DNA of 64,000 nucleotides from Oligoflexales bacterium (GCA_041736175.1 JBGSUI010000191.1:32001-96000); one strand, 5' to 3'; counted from the first letter of the stretch, positions 47,906-57,964 are shown. The notes: a model not told the origin generated them from the sequence alone. Translations and numbers: made by a program.

Positions 47906-48729
47906 GTGAGCCCTCTTGGCAAAGACCTTTTCTTAATCAATTTGAGGATAAAGATCGCCCCCTCATACATTCCATAGACAGGGATTGCTAGGGCCATTTG
48001 GGTAAAGGGATCAGGAGAAGGTGTGACGATAGCACTCACCATAAGTATGATCACAAAGACCACCCTACGGGAGCTGGTCAAGGTCTCAACCTCGATGATC
48101 CCCAGCATCCCTAGAAGGACTATCAGAACAGGGGTTTCGAAAATGATCCCAAAACCAAAAAACATCAACATCAGAAAATGAATATAATCTTTAATTGAAA
48201 TGATCGGAATCGCTATTTCGATTCCCATCTTGATAAGGAAGTCTAATGTGGCTGGTAGAATCACAAAGTAACAAAAAGCAACCCCCAGGGCGAACATGGC
48301 CACGGAAATCACGATAAAGGGTAAAATATATCGTCTTTCTGTGGGGTAGAGGGCGGGCTCAAAAAATTTCCAAAATTGATAGATCCATATGGGACAGGCG
48401 GTGATCACCCCTACCAGAATGGCTACTTTCATGCTGGTCATAAAAACGTCAAGGGTGCCTGTGAAATGCAGGTTTTGGTGGGCTTTTGGCAAAACCTCCA
48501 AGAGTGGAATCTCCAGAAATCCGATGATCTCTTTGGCAAAGTAAAAGGCGATACAGAATAGAATGAGCACGGCCCAAAGGGACGCCATAATCCTCCTGCG
48601 CAGTTCGTCGAGGTGCTCGGTCACAGGCATCACTTTGCCCCCATGGAGGAGGTCTTCCTCAGAAGCTGAGGTCGTCGGGGTGAGAGCACCACCCTGGTCC
48701 TGTGGGCCAGATGATGGGAGGTTAAACAT
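47902..48729 (-). CDS. tatC: Twin-arginine translocase subunit TatC
   Basis: EHLDELRRR, YQFWKFFEPALYPTE, FGIIFETP, TPSPDPFTQ, YE. Confidence 0.97.
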   Translation of the reverse strand: MFNLPSSGPQDQGGALTPTTSASEEDLLHGGKVMPVTEHLDELRRRIMASLWAVLILFCIAFYFAKEIIGFLEIPLLEVLPKAHQNLHFTGTLDVFMTSMKVAILVGVITACPIWIYQFWKFFEPALYPTERRYILPFIVISVAMFALGVAFCYFVILPATLDFLIKMGIEIAIPIISIKDYIHFLMLMFFGFGIIFETPVLIVLLGMLGIIEVETLTSSRRVVFVIILMVSAIVTPSPDPFTQMALAIPVYGMYEGAIFILKLIKKRSLPRGLT

Positions 48730-48750
48730 GGAAGGGCTCCTTTATGGGGT

Positions 48751-51540
48751 TCAATGGGCCTCCAACCAGTTGGGACCATGGCCAATGTTGACTTCAAGGG
48801 GGACATCGAGGGATATGGCTTGGGTCATGGCCTTTTGAATCAGGGACACTAAGGTCTCAAGCTCCCCTGGGGGGGTTTCGAATACGAGTTCGTCATGGAC
48901 TTGCAGCAGCATGCGAGCCTTTAGTCTTTGTTCTTTGAGCTCATAGGCCACTCGACCCATAGCCAGCTTGATCAAGTCAGCAGCACTGCCTTGGATAGGT
49001 GAATTGATGGCGATATTGTCAAGGTTTGGACCCTGCCGTCCTGGTCGTTCCTGTCCCCAATCGATAGCCCTGCGCCGTCCGGTGATCGTCTTTACATAGT
49101 GGTGCTGCTTTGAAAACTGGATCGTCTCATCCACAAAAATTTTGATTCCTGGATAACTTTCAAAATATTTTTTAATAAAGTTAACAGCCTGGCCCATGGA
49201 GACTCCCGTTTCCTGTGCGAGTCGCATAGGACCCATGCCATAGATAATACCAAAATTGATCGCTTTTGCTTTGGAACGCATCGACCCATCCACCTGGTCA
49301 GGTGCCACGCCAAAAATTTTAGCGGCGGTCGTCTTATGAATATCTTCGCCTTTGCGAAAGGCTTCGATCAAGGCGGTCTCGTGGGCTAGATGGGCTAAGA
49401 TTCTCAGTTCCACCTGGGAGTAATCTGCGGAAACGAGGATCCAACCGGCGATGGACGGCTTAAAGGCGCGCCGGATCTCTTGACCTAAACTCGACCTAAT
49501 GGGGATATTTTGGAGGTTGGGGTCCGACGAGCTCAGGCGTCCGGTGGCCGTACCGGTTTGGTGGTAGGTTGTATGGATGCAGTGGGTTTTTTCTTGAATG
49601 AGTTTTGGTAGAGCATCAACATAGGTGTTTTTAAGTTTAGTGACGGTTCGGTATTCAAGGATTAATTTAGGGAGTGGATGAGCCTTAAGTCTGGTGAGGA
49701 CCGATTCGTCCGTAGAGTATCCAGATTTGGTTTTTTTTAGCTTTTGGATCCCTAATTGCTCATGAATTTTTAGCTTTTCGAAGATGACTTCAGCGAGTTG
49801 TTTTGGAGAGTTGATGTTAAAGGTCAACCCTGCTAGCTGATAGACCTCCTGGGCACGTTCTTCAGCCAGTTGGTCTAAATGTTTGCTGAGGGTGGACAGC
49901 ATTGCCTCATCTATGGCGATGCCGTAACGTTCCATCTGGGCCAGGATGGGCACCATGGGCATCTCGACTTTTTCTAAGGCGTAGGTCAAATCTTGGTCTT
50001 TGATCAGGGGCAAAAGGTGATGAAAAAGCCTTAAAGTGTAGTCCGCATCCTCACAGCCGTAGTGGCTCAGGGTTTCCAAGGGTACTTTCAAGGTGGCCCC
50101 ATGACTAGTAGCCTTTTCCTCTAAATCAAAAATACTAGAGGTTGGGGTTTTCTTAAACTGGAGATGGCGCTCGCAGCAGGCATCCAGCCCATGACCTCCC
50201 GCACCGGGGGTCAGCAGCCAGTCCATAACCATGGTATCCATAAGCGGTCCCGCTAGGGAAAGTCCCCAGGCGCTCAGCATCTGCAGGTCAAATTTAAGGT
50301 TATGTCCGACCTTGGTGTTAGAAGCTTGAAGAACCGTACTCACCATACTGCGGAGCTGGTCCTGTGGGATCTTGGTGTGCTCCGGGAGGAGGGGGATATA
50401 AAAGGCTTGTCCAGGGCCATCGGCTAAACAGATTCCAATTGGTTGGTCGTTGATAGGGGAGAGCCCCGTCGTCTCGGTATCAACGGCTATAAGAGGGGCT
50501 TGGATAAGGCGGAGGCACAGGGATTCCAAGTCTGTCGTATCGATCACAAGTTTGTAATGTAGGTCGTCTGAAAGCATAACTTTTGGAGCACTGATTTCCT
50601 CGGATTTTAAAGATTCTTGGATTGGCTGGGCTTTGATATCCCTTAAGATCGACTGAAACTCCAGCTCGATATACTGGTCGACCAGTCGGGGGTGGTTGAT
50701 CTGATCGGGGGTGATCGCCTTGAAGTCATCAAGCTTGTCAAAGGGAAGGGGAGCATCGGTCTTTATGGTTGCCAGCTTTTGGGAAAGGTAGGTGAGTTCG
50801 TGGGATTTAATCAGCGCTTCTTTAGATTTTTTATTGTGAATCTTTTCGAGATTTTCATAAATACCATCCAGGGTCGCAAACTCCTGGAGCAGCTTAACGG
50901 CTCCCACTTTACCGATCCCATGACATCCAGGAATGTTATCCGAATCATCCCCAATCAGGGCCAGGTAGTCAACGAACTGGTCAGGATTGATTTGGTATTT
51001 GCTCTTGACCTGGTCTATGTCGAGGATCTCGTCGCCTTTTTGAAAAGGATTTAATAAAAAAACCTGGTCGTTGACCAGTTGGCAAAAGTCTTTGTCCCCC
51101 GAAATGATATAGCAATGGCAGTCGGAACTCGCAAACTTTCGAACCAGGGATCCTATAAGATCGTCGGCTTCGAGACCACTTTGTTGGATCATCTTGATTT
51201 GGAAGCCAGAGAGTAGTTTAAAAAATTCGGGGAGCTGCTTTGCTATGAGGGGAGGCATTTCTTTGCGGTTGGCCTTGTAGGGGGGGTACATCTCGTGACG
51301 AAAAGTGGGCTCTTTGCTATCGGTTGTGGCCACTAGAAAGTCAGGTCTCATTTCGGTTATGATTCTGTTGAGGAGTTTTGCCATCCCATAAACGGCCCCT
51401 GTGGGAAACCCCTTGCTGGACTGAAACGGCCTTTGTTCGCCGCCAAAAGCATGGAAAAATCGAAACACCATCGCCATGGAGTCGATGATAAAGAGCTTTT
51501 GCTGTGTTCGGATGGGATTAGGGGTTGAATTCACATACAC
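48751..51540 (-). CDS. polA: DNA polymerase I (5'-3' exonuclease, intact 3'-5' exonuclease, polymerase)
   Basis: EADD, GDDSDNIPG, DTETT, HNLKFD, TGRLSSSDPNLQNIP, DYSQVELR, KAINFGIIYG, QVHDEL. Confidence 0.98.
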   Translation of the reverse strand: MYVNSTPNPIRTQQKLFIIDSMAMVFRFFHAFGGEQRPFQSSKGFPTGAVYGMAKLLNRIITEMRPDFLVATTDSKEPTFRHEMYPPYKANRKEMPPLIAKQLPEFFKLLSGFQIKMIQQSGLEADDLIGSLVRKFASSDCHCYIISGDKDFCQLVNDQVFLLNPFQKGDEILDIDQVKSKYQINPDQFVDYLALIGDDSDNIPGCHGIGKVGAVKLLQEFATLDGIYENLEKIHNKKSKEALIKSHELTYLSQKLATIKTDAPLPFDKLDDFKAITPDQINHPRLVDQYIELEFQSILRDIKAQPIQESLKSEEISAPKVMLSDDLHYKLVIDTTDLESLCLRLIQAPLIAVDTETTGLSPINDQPIGICLADGPGQAFYIPLLPEHTKIPQDQLRSMVSTVLQASNTKVGHNLKFDLQMLSAWGLSLAGPLMDTMVMDWLLTPGAGGHGLDACCERHLQFKKTPTSSIFDLEEKATSHGATLKVPLETLSHYGCEDADYTLRLFHHLLPLIKDQDLTYALEKVEMPMVPILAQMERYGIAIDEAMLSTLSKHLDQLAEERAQEVYQLAGLTFNINSPKQLAEVIFEKLKIHEQLGIQKLKKTKSGYSTDESVLTRLKAHPLPKLILEYRTVTKLKNTYVDALPKLIQEKTHCIHTTYHQTGTATGRLSSSDPNLQNIPIRSSLGQEIRRAFKPSIAGWILVSADYSQVELRILAHLAHETALIEAFRKGEDIHKTTAAKIFGVAPDQVDGSMRSKAKAINFGIIYGMGPMRLAQETGVSMGQAVNFIKKYFESYPGIKIFVDETIQFSKQHHYVKTITGRRRAIDWGQERPGRQGPNLDNIAINSPIQGSAADLIKLAMGRVAYELKEQRLKARMLLQVHDELVFETPPGELETLVSLIQKAMTQAISLDVPLEVNIGHGPNWLEAH

Positions 51541-51674
51541 CTCATGTCATAAGCCGTCTGGCTGGTATAGAATTACACGTTCGTTGATCGGGTGATATTA
51601 CTTTGTCGTATTTTAGGCAACGGCCTTTGCCTATTGGCAACATTTATACTAGGATGGAACCAGACTGTTTCTAA

Positions 51675-52973
51675 ATGAGGGAGCCCATGAGTCAATACGC
51701 CGAATTAAAGCTAGAGGGGAAAACCTACCAACTACCCATTGTGGCAGGTACTGAAAACGAAAAAGCAATCGATATTAAGAAATTGCGTCAGGACACCGGC
51801 TACATCACCATCGATTCGGGATATGGCAACACTGGGTCCTGCACGAGTGCTGTGACTTTTATCGATGGAGAGAAGGGTATCCTCCGCTATCGGGGTTACC
51901 CGATCGAACAGTTGGCGGAAAAGTCGACTTTTGTGGAGACCGCCTACCTCTTGATCTATGGTCGTCTTCCCAACCAAACTGAGCTAGGCGATTTTCGTCA
52001 GATGTTGACACGCCACTCACTCCTTCATGAAGACATGCTGCATTTTTATGATGGTTACCCTTCCACCGCCCATCCTATGGCGATCCTATCCTCTATGGTG
52101 TGCTCCCTCTCGAGCTATTATCCCGAGTGGCTGGATCCCAACGATCCAGCCCAAGTGAACCAGCTCGTTCCACGGGTCCTCTCGAAGATTCGGACCATTG
52201 CGGCTTATTCCTATAAAAAATCCATTGGCCAGCCAGTCATCTACCCTAAGAACTCCTTAGACTACTGCGCAAACTTCCTCTATATGATGTTTGCGGTGCC
52301 GTCGGAGCCTTACGAAGTCGATCAAGAGTTGGTGAAAACCCTCAATATGCTTTTGATTCTCCATGCAGATCACGAGCAAAACTGTTCCACATCGACCGTG
52401 CGTATGGTCGGATCCTCTGATGCCAACCTTTTTGCTTCGATTGCAGCGGGGATCCTGGCTCTTTGGGGACCAAAGCATGGGGGCGCTAACCAAGAAGTCG
52501 TTGAGATGTTGGACTTGATCCATCGCAACGGAGGTGATGTTAAAAAAGCAGTAGCCATGGCGAAAGACAAAAACTCCGGATTCCGCCTGATGGGCTTCGG
52601 ACATCGGGTCTATAAAAATTATGACCCGAGGGCCAAGGTGATCAAGAAAGCCTGTGATCAGATCCTGGCGCGGATGGGTAAGAATGATCCCTTGCTAGAG
52701 ATTGCAAAAAGGCTGGAAGAAGCGGCCCTCAATGATCCTTATTTTGTCGAGAGAAAGCTCTATCCTAACGTGGATTTCTATTCGGGGGTGATTTACCGTG
52801 CCATGGGGATCCCAACGGGTATGTTTACAGTGATGTTTGCCCTAGGTCGCCTCCCAGGGTGGATCGCCCAATGGGTCGAGATGCACGGACAGGGTGAGGG
52901 TCGGATTGACCGGCCTCGGCAGATTTATACGGGCGAACAGGTCCGAGATTACCTACCCATTAACCAAAGATAG
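51675..52973 (+). CDS. gltA: Citrate synthase
   Basis: GILRYRGYPI, HADHEQNCST, HGGAN, GFGHRVYKNYDPR, YPNVDFYSG. Confidence 0.98.
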   Translation: MREPMSQYAELKLEGKTYQLPIVAGTENEKAIDIKKLRQDTGYITIDSGYGNTGSCTSAVTFIDGEKGILRYRGYPIEQLAEKSTFVETAYLLIYGRLPNQTELGDFRQMLTRHSLLHEDMLHFYDGYPSTAHPMAILSSMVCSLSSYYPEWLDPNDPAQVNQLVPRVLSKIRTIAAYSYKKSIGQPVIYPKNSLDYCANFLYMMFAVPSEPYEVDQELVKTLNMLLILHADHEQNCSTSTVRMVGSSDANLFASIAAGILALWGPKHGGANQEVVEMLDLIHRNGGDVKKAVAMAKDKNSGFRLMGFGHRVYKNYDPRAKVIKKACDQILARMGKNDPLLEIAKRLEEAALNDPYFVERKLYPNVDFYSGVIYRAMGIPTGMFTVMFALGRLPGWIAQWVEMHGQGEGRIDRPRQIYTGEQVRDYLPINQR

Positions 52974-52996
52974 TCTCAGTCATTGCGGAAGCAAAC

Positions 52997-53491
52997 GTGT
53001 CCTACTGGTTGATGAAAACTGAGCCCTCCGTGTTTGCCTTTGGGGATTTTTTAAAACATCCCCAAAGGCTAGCTAGCTGGGAAGGAGTTCGTAACTACCA
53101 GGCTCGCAATTTTATGCGAGATCAGTTTAAACTAGGAGACTTGGCAGCCATTTACCACAGTCGGTGTGAGACCCCAGAGATCGTGGGAGTCGCTCAAGTG
53201 GCTAAAGAAGCCTATCCCGACCCTACCGCTCTTGATACCAAGAGTCCCTATTTCGATCCCAAGTCCCTAGAAGGCCAAAAAAGCCGCTGGGTGATGGTCG
53301 ATCTTGTGGCGATTGCCCTCTTAGATCATCCAGTGAGTCTTAAGGAAATCAAGGCGACCGCCAGTCTCAAGACGATGCTTGTGGCCCGCCCAGGCCAGCG
53401 CCTTTCGGTCCAGCCGGTGACCCCGAAGGAATGGGAGATGGTGATGGCTCTAGGGCGTCCGCGGGATCTTCCTCGGATTTCCCATGATTGA
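52997..53491 (+). CDS. EVE domain protein
   Basis: YWLMKTEP, WEGVRNYQARNFMR, YHS, YFDPKS, RLSVQPV. Confidence 0.95.
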   Translation: MSYWLMKTEPSVFAFGDFLKHPQRLASWEGVRNYQARNFMRDQFKLGDLAAIYHSRCETPEIVGVAQVAKEAYPDPTALDTKSPYFDPKSLEGQKSRWVMVDLVAIALLDHPVSLKEIKATASLKTMLVARPGQRLSVQPVTPKEWEMVMALGRPRDLPRISHD

Positions 53492-54098
53492 TGGGCCTTG
53501 GAGGCGAATATTGCCCCGTTGGACTGGGCCTCTCTTGGGGCTCTATCGCCGCAGGGGCTTGACCCCCAATCAGATCACAGGTCTTGGTCTGCTCTGTGCC
53601 CTCGTGGCTGCCTGGCTGGTAAGCCTCCAGTGGTTTGGGACAGCTTTAGGCTTTTGGTGGTTAGGGCGCCTCTTTGATGGCACAGATGGCATCTATGCCC
53701 GAGATATGGGCCAAGCGACGGCTTTTGGCGGCTATTTGGATATCCTCCTCGATATGGCGAGCTACTCCGTCATGCTGGTTGGATTTTATGGTGCGATGCC
53801 CCAGAGGGGGTTGCAGTGGTTAGTGATTGCAGTGCTCTACACTCTTTGTATCACCTCGGCTTTAGCTCTCGGCGAGTACGAGACTAAACACCATCTCGGA
53901 GCAGAGGATCACCGCAGCCTGAGGTTGGCTACGGGGATTGCGGAGGGGGGTGAGACGGGGATCTTTTATACTTTGATGCTGCTCTTTCCTGGCCAGTGGA
54001 GTCTTTTTATCGGCTGTTGGATCGTCATTCTCGTGATTACGGTAGTGTCCCGATCGTTCCTCGCTTACCGGGTGATGGTGCGCGAAAAAAGAAGCTAG
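53484..54098 (+). CDS. CDP-alcohol phosphatidyltransferase family protein (YnjF-like)
   Basis: TPNQIT, DGTDGIYAR...FGGYLDILLD, EGGET. Confidence 0.92.
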   Translation: MIDGPWRRILPRWTGPLLGLYRRRGLTPNQITGLGLLCALVAAWLVSLQWFGTALGFWWLGRLFDGTDGIYARDMGQATAFGGYLDILLDMASYSVMLVGFYGAMPQRGLQWLVIAVLYTLCITSALALGEYETKHHLGAEDHRSLRLATGIAEGGETGIFYTLMLLFPGQWSLFIGCWIVILVITVVSRSFLAYRVMVREKRS

Positions 54099-54301
54099 GA
54101 GATCCTCGCTCCCTAACAGCGATTGGTAAAGACGAACCTGTTTGGTTCCAAAATAGCCCCAGATCAACGGGTTATCCCCTGTCCAAAAAAAGCCTTTAGT
54201 TTTTTTACGAGATCACCGAGGACCCTCAGTCGATTTTGTGGGAGCAAATGACTGCTTGTCCATGAATCAAAGTATCCTAAGACTTGTTGAGGGGAGCATT
54301 T

Positions 54302-55120
54302 ATGAAACTTTTTAATTTGATGATGATTCCGATGACGACGGCGTGCTTTTTGATTGGTTGTGGTAAGCCCACTTTTTCGTCACAAAAGGTCGCCTCGGAG
54401 GGGCCCGCACCTTCTTCAGAGCAGAGCCTTGCAGCCGAATCCAAGAGATCGGCAAAAGCACCCAAAACGGAAGCCAAAAAGGATTTGGACTGTTCTGGAA
54501 TCATCCTCCATGGGGACCATGAGGGATGTGACGTGCAGGATCTTGAGGCTGAAAAGACCATCGCCCAAGGAGACGCCAAAATCCCACCCGAGGTGATCGC
54601 GGCTCCCAAACCTTTAGGGAGCTCTGAAAAAGAGGCTGCTCCAGTGGCTGAGAGTAAACTGCCTCCACAAGAAACCGTGGCGACGCCGGTCGAAACCCAG
54701 CCACCCACCCAGGCACCCGCACCTAAACCTACAACGGAACCTGCTCCTGCCCCAGCTCCTGCTCCTGCCCCAGCTCCTGCTCCGGCCCCAGCTCCGGCCC
54801 CAGCTCCGACCACTCCTCCAAAGGATCCAAATATCGTCGAGTTTAAGATTAAAGCTGGCACTGCAGGAAACCCTTGGAATACACCTGAAACCATGGTCAC
54901 CCTTAAGGTGGGCCAAACCCTACGCCTGGTCAACGAGGACACTGTGAATCATCGTCTTCACACAGGGGGAGCACCATGTCCCCACGGAACAAACTTTGCA
55001 CCCGGACAAACCTTTGACTGTGTGGCCACAAGGGCCCTCGACCCCGCGGCGACTCCAGGTAGGACCTATGATCATATCGCCGGTGAGGACGCTCTTTTTC
55101 ATCTTAAGGTCGTTCCTTAA
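54302..55120 (+). CDS. Lipoprotein with Pro-Ala stalk and C-terminal cupredoxin-like domain
   Basis: Lipobox LIGC; LKVGQTLRLVNEDTVNHRLH...PGQT...YDH. Confidence 0.78.
   Translation: MKLFNLMMIPMTTACFLIGCGKPTFSSQKVASEGPAPSSEQSLAAESKRSAKAPKTEAKKDLDCSGIILHGDHEGCDVQDLEAEKTIAQGDAKIPPEVIAAPKPLGSSEKEAAPVAESKLPPQETVATPVETQPPTQAPAPKPTTEPAPAPAPAPAPAPAPAPAPAPAPTTPPKDPNIVEFKIKAGTAGNPWNTPETMVTLKVGQTLRLVNEDTVNHRLHTGGAPCPHGTNFAPGQTFDCVATRALDPAATPGRTYDHIAGEDALFHLKVVP
54740..54808 (+). repeat. Coding hexamer repeat (Pro-Ala)11-Pro
   Basis: ccN gcN run of 69 nt. Confidence 0.92.
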
Positions 55121-55129
55121 GTTAGGGAC

Positions 55130-55957
55130 TTAGATTGCAGCACTTAGACCAAGTTTAATAGACCAAATGCGCAGGATAGGCCTTGAAGGAAACCCAAGGC
55201 CCTCAAGGGTGTAGGTGCCTTCCAGCAGTCCCAGAGATTGGTCGTCTCCGAGATATTCCCCTTCAAAGGTGCCTTGGGACTGGGTTTGATCTAAACGGTA
55301 GAGGGTGTTGACCCAGGAGAGTTGGGCTGAGAGACCGTCGGTAAGAGTGATGGCGCTGCCGATCTCCCCTTGGTACACCCGCCCTATAATCCTGTTGATA
55401 TCGATTTGCTGAAAGCTGTTAGCCGTGGTTTTATCCGAGGACAGTTTGGAAAAGGTGATCCCACTGGAGGCGGTGATAAAGAGGGGAGTGGACCAAAGTC
55501 CATAGGACTCATCCCATTTAAACTTGATTCCCAAGAGGCCGGTTCTGTGGTCGTAACGGTTAAGAGATTTATCAGTCTCGTTGACGGCGGTCTTAGTACT
55601 GACCACGGTGTTGCTAACGGCCAGCTGGGGTCCTAGGGCGATAGGGGCTCCGAGAGTCTCTTTAAAGCTAAAGACTTTGCTAAGGTTCAGCTCAAAACCT
55701 GAGGCATACCTGACGTCCATACCATCGGACCCACGGCCACCACCCACAAAGGGACCAAACCCTAGGTCAATCCCCAAGGGCCCAGGTTTCGAGATTTTGG
55801 CGGATGGAGACGTGCTAAGGGACTCTAAGTCGTTTATCTCAGTGGAGGTCAACGATTGTCCTTGGAGGTATGAGCCATTGGAGAATAAAACTGCCAGGAG
55901 CATCGCTTGGAGACTGCGGCGCACTTTTGTATAAACCCTCGAAGAATGCTTTTCCAT
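55130..55957 (-). CDS. Putative outer-membrane beta-barrel protein
   Basis: Signal peptide; amphipathic strands ending WSIKLGLSAAI. Confidence 0.62.
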   Translation of the reverse strand: MEKHSSRVYTKVRRSLQAMLLAVLFSNGSYLQGQSLTSTEINDLESLSTSPSAKISKPGPLGIDLGFGPFVGGGRGSDGMDVRYASGFELNLSKVFSFKETLGAPIALGPQLAVSNTVVSTKTAVNETDKSLNRYDHRTGLLGIKFKWDESYGLWSTPLFITASSGITFSKLSSDKTTANSFQQIDINRIIGRVYQGEIGSAITLTDGLSAQLSWVNTLYRLDQTQSQGTFEGEYLGDDQSLGLLEGTYTLEGLGFPSRPILRIWSIKLGLSAAI

Positions 55958-56075
55958 GAAAACCCCTTCCCTAAAGAGATTAATAGTATTTGGTGTCTTA
56001 TCATAAAAATATTATAATGGGTAGTTTTTTTAATAGTGGGAGATTTTGCCTAGCTATAAGATTCAGGTGCCTGAC

Positions 56076-56104
56076 TTGACAGCTCTTTCTAGAAATCGAA
56101 TAGT
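56076..56104 (+). promoter_or_regulatory. sigma70-type promoter candidate
   Basis: TTGACA-N17-AATAGT in an AT-rich divergent intergenic region. Confidence 0.4.
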
Positions 56105-56302
56105 GGAAAGTGGATAAAGTGTTTTATAGACTTTACAAGCTTCTTGGGGGAAAGGGGCGTGGGGATAGGGGCATGAAAAAAATGCATTGGACTGCGGTAG
56201 GAGCTTGCGTGTTCCTTCAAGGACTGGCATTTGATTCCTACGGGAATGGATGATGACTGGGGCGAGAGTGCAGATAAGATCTTAAAAAGAAAGGAATTAC
56301 TT

Positions 56303-56629
56303 GTGTGGAAGGTCTATAATATTGCAACCGGGCGGATTGCGAAAGCAGGTTTTGATTCCGAGGACCAGGCAAAAGATTGGCTCGAGCGCCGGAAGGAGCT
56401 TGCAGACGACGAGTTTGATATCGACGAAATGGATGACGAAGAGGAAGAAGAGTTCCTTGAAAGCGAAGCCGGTGAGGGCGAGCGCGGAGGAGCCTTTGAT
56501 GCTGAGGAAGACGAGGAGATACGTGACATCTCTTATCCCGAAGAGCCCCTTGATGTGGAGGAAGACGACGTCGATGCAGACGACGAAGATGAGGATGATG
56601 AAGTCGAAGATGAAGAAGAGGATGACTGA
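56303..56629 (+). CDS. Small, extremely acidic protein
   Basis: GTG 56303 behind AAGGA; 108 aa with about 53 Asp/Glu; short folded N-terminus WKVYNIATGRIAKAGFDSEDQAKDWL. Confidence 0.78.
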   Translation: MWKVYNIATGRIAKAGFDSEDQAKDWLERRKELADDEFDIDEMDDEEEEEFLESEAGEGERGGAFDAEEDEEIRDISYPEEPLDVEEDDVDADDEDEDDEVEDEEEDD

Positions 56630-56634
56630 TCAAG

Positions 56635-57159
56635 ATGGGCATCGTTTTTGAAGTGCTTGTTGATAAGACTGAGAAACCAAACAAATGTACGATATTACCC
56701 CAGGCTGAGCGGTCAGACTTTAAGGTGCGCCGCTTTTCTCGCGACAGAGGGATTTCGCCGCTTATAGGTCAGTGGCTGCTACACCCTGACGGTGTGGAAA
56801 TCGATGTCCGGACATCCAATTCTTTAGATGGATTTGGACAGGAACCAACTCCCGTCCTATCAGTCGTGGACTGCAACTGGCGCCGACTGGCTGGCATTTT
56901 ATGCAAAGTGGAGGGGCCTCTGCCTCCAATGGTAAAGATTCCCTCGGGCTTTGAGACGGCCTACCCCCGCAAAAACAGCCAAAACCTTGATCCCCAGGGG
57001 GGGCTGGCCACCATAGAGGCGATCTTTATTGCCGCGGGGCTTATGGGTCAATGGGATCCGAGTCTTTTAGACAAATTTCACTGGCGCAGGGAGTTTTTTC
57101 AGATTAATCACCAGCGCCTGAGGGATTTTGGATTTTCTATGACGGGGCCACTCCTATAG
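56635..57159 (+). CDS. Tsr3/DUF367-like (TDD superfamily) aminocarboxypropyltransferase homolog
   Basis: EKPNKCT, LLHP, VDCNW, LATIEA, LLDKFHW...FFQIN mirror the Tsr3 pattern CDPKKCS, LSP, DCSW, LxxxEA, LxxFxWGxxFLxxN. Confidence 0.72.
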   Translation: MGIVFEVLVDKTEKPNKCTILPQAERSDFKVRRFSRDRGISPLIGQWLLHPDGVEIDVRTSNSLDGFGQEPTPVLSVVDCNWRRLAGILCKVEGPLPPMVKIPSGFETAYPRKNSQNLDPQGGLATIEAIFIAAGLMGQWDPSLLDKFHWRREFFQINHQRLRDFGFSMTGPLL

Positions 57160-57248
57160 TCGTGGTCTGCGCGATAGAGTCCTCTCTACCTCGCTCTCAT
57201 TCAGTCCTGTGATATTCGCAATTTCTGGGATGGTCTTACTGACGTAAC

Positions 57249-57521
57249 TCAGCCAGCTCTTCGCTCTTTGTACGCCTGTTCCAGATCCCACATTTGTTGT
57301 AGATTGAGCCAAAATTCGGGTGTTGTCTTCAATACTTCAGAAAGCTCTATAGCCGACGCCGCCGTGACGGATCTTTTTCCGCGGATGATTTCATTGAGCT
57401 TACGAGGAGTCCAACCCAATTTTCCTGCAAAAGTCCGCTGAGATAATCCAAGAGGTTCGATAAACTCTTCTAGCAAAATCTCTCCTGGATGAAAAGGAGA
57501 CTCAAAACGTTTGAACTTCAT
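57249..57521 (-). CDS. higA: HigA-family antitoxin
   Basis: HPGEILLEEFI...LNEIIRGKRSVT...TTPEFWLNLQ..WDL. Confidence 0.95.
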   Translation of the reverse strand: MKFKRFESPFHPGEILLEEFIEPLGLSQRTFAGKLGWTPRKLNEIIRGKRSVTAASAIELSEVLKTTPEFWLNLQQMWDLEQAYKERRAG

Positions 57522-57667
57522 GAATGATAATCCTCCACTCGCACATCATACGCATTCCCACCTTCGAATTTAAAAATAACCCGCCATTGGTCGTTAACTC
57601 GAATGGAATAGTATACTTTTAAGTTTCCCTTTAGACGCTCTAACCTATTGCCTGGTGGTCCCGTCAA
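57518..57667 (-). pseudogene. higB: HigB (RelE-like) toxin, C-terminal half only
   Basis: PPGNRLERLKG...YSIRVNDQWRVIF...EDYH with ATGA overlap to higA; upstream in-frame sequence is unrelated to the HigB N-terminus. Confidence 0.8.
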
Positions 57668-57948
57668 GCTTTTTCTGAAAAATTCCAAGAATGCTTTTAG
57701 AGCCAGTTCGTCCCGGGGCGAACATCGCGCGCAGTTGTGGTCCCAGATTCGGTGACTCCAGAGGTGGAGCCCATTGCCAAAAAATCCAGGTCGGCAATTC
57801 CAAGGACCGTTCGCCTCGAGGTTTGGTCCAGTGATCAGGGCCCTATTTAACAACTCGTAAAGCGCTTGCCGAGCTTTGGCAGCCAGCTGTAAAGACCTTT
57901 GACGGTCATTCTCATTCTCAAGTGCCTGATTTTGAGCGAAAAAATCTG

Positions 57949-57964
57949 TGGTCCCGCGCTTGCA
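57949..57964 (+). promoter_or_regulatory. sigma54 -24/-12 promoter
   Basis: TGGTCCCGCGCTTGCA, 52 nt before ATG 58017. Confidence 0.6.

Noticed and set aside
54277..54942. Antisense Gly-Ala repeat ORF, and similar long antisense ORFs such as 4288-4881, 6387-7004, 16772-17389 and 32548-33228
   Set aside because: Shadow frames of well-supported genes on the opposite strand or in another frame
57668..57853. N-terminal part of the 111-aa ORF as a novel HigB domain
   Set aside because: No HigB-like residues, no clear RBS and atypical composition; more likely non-coding sequence joined by rearrangement
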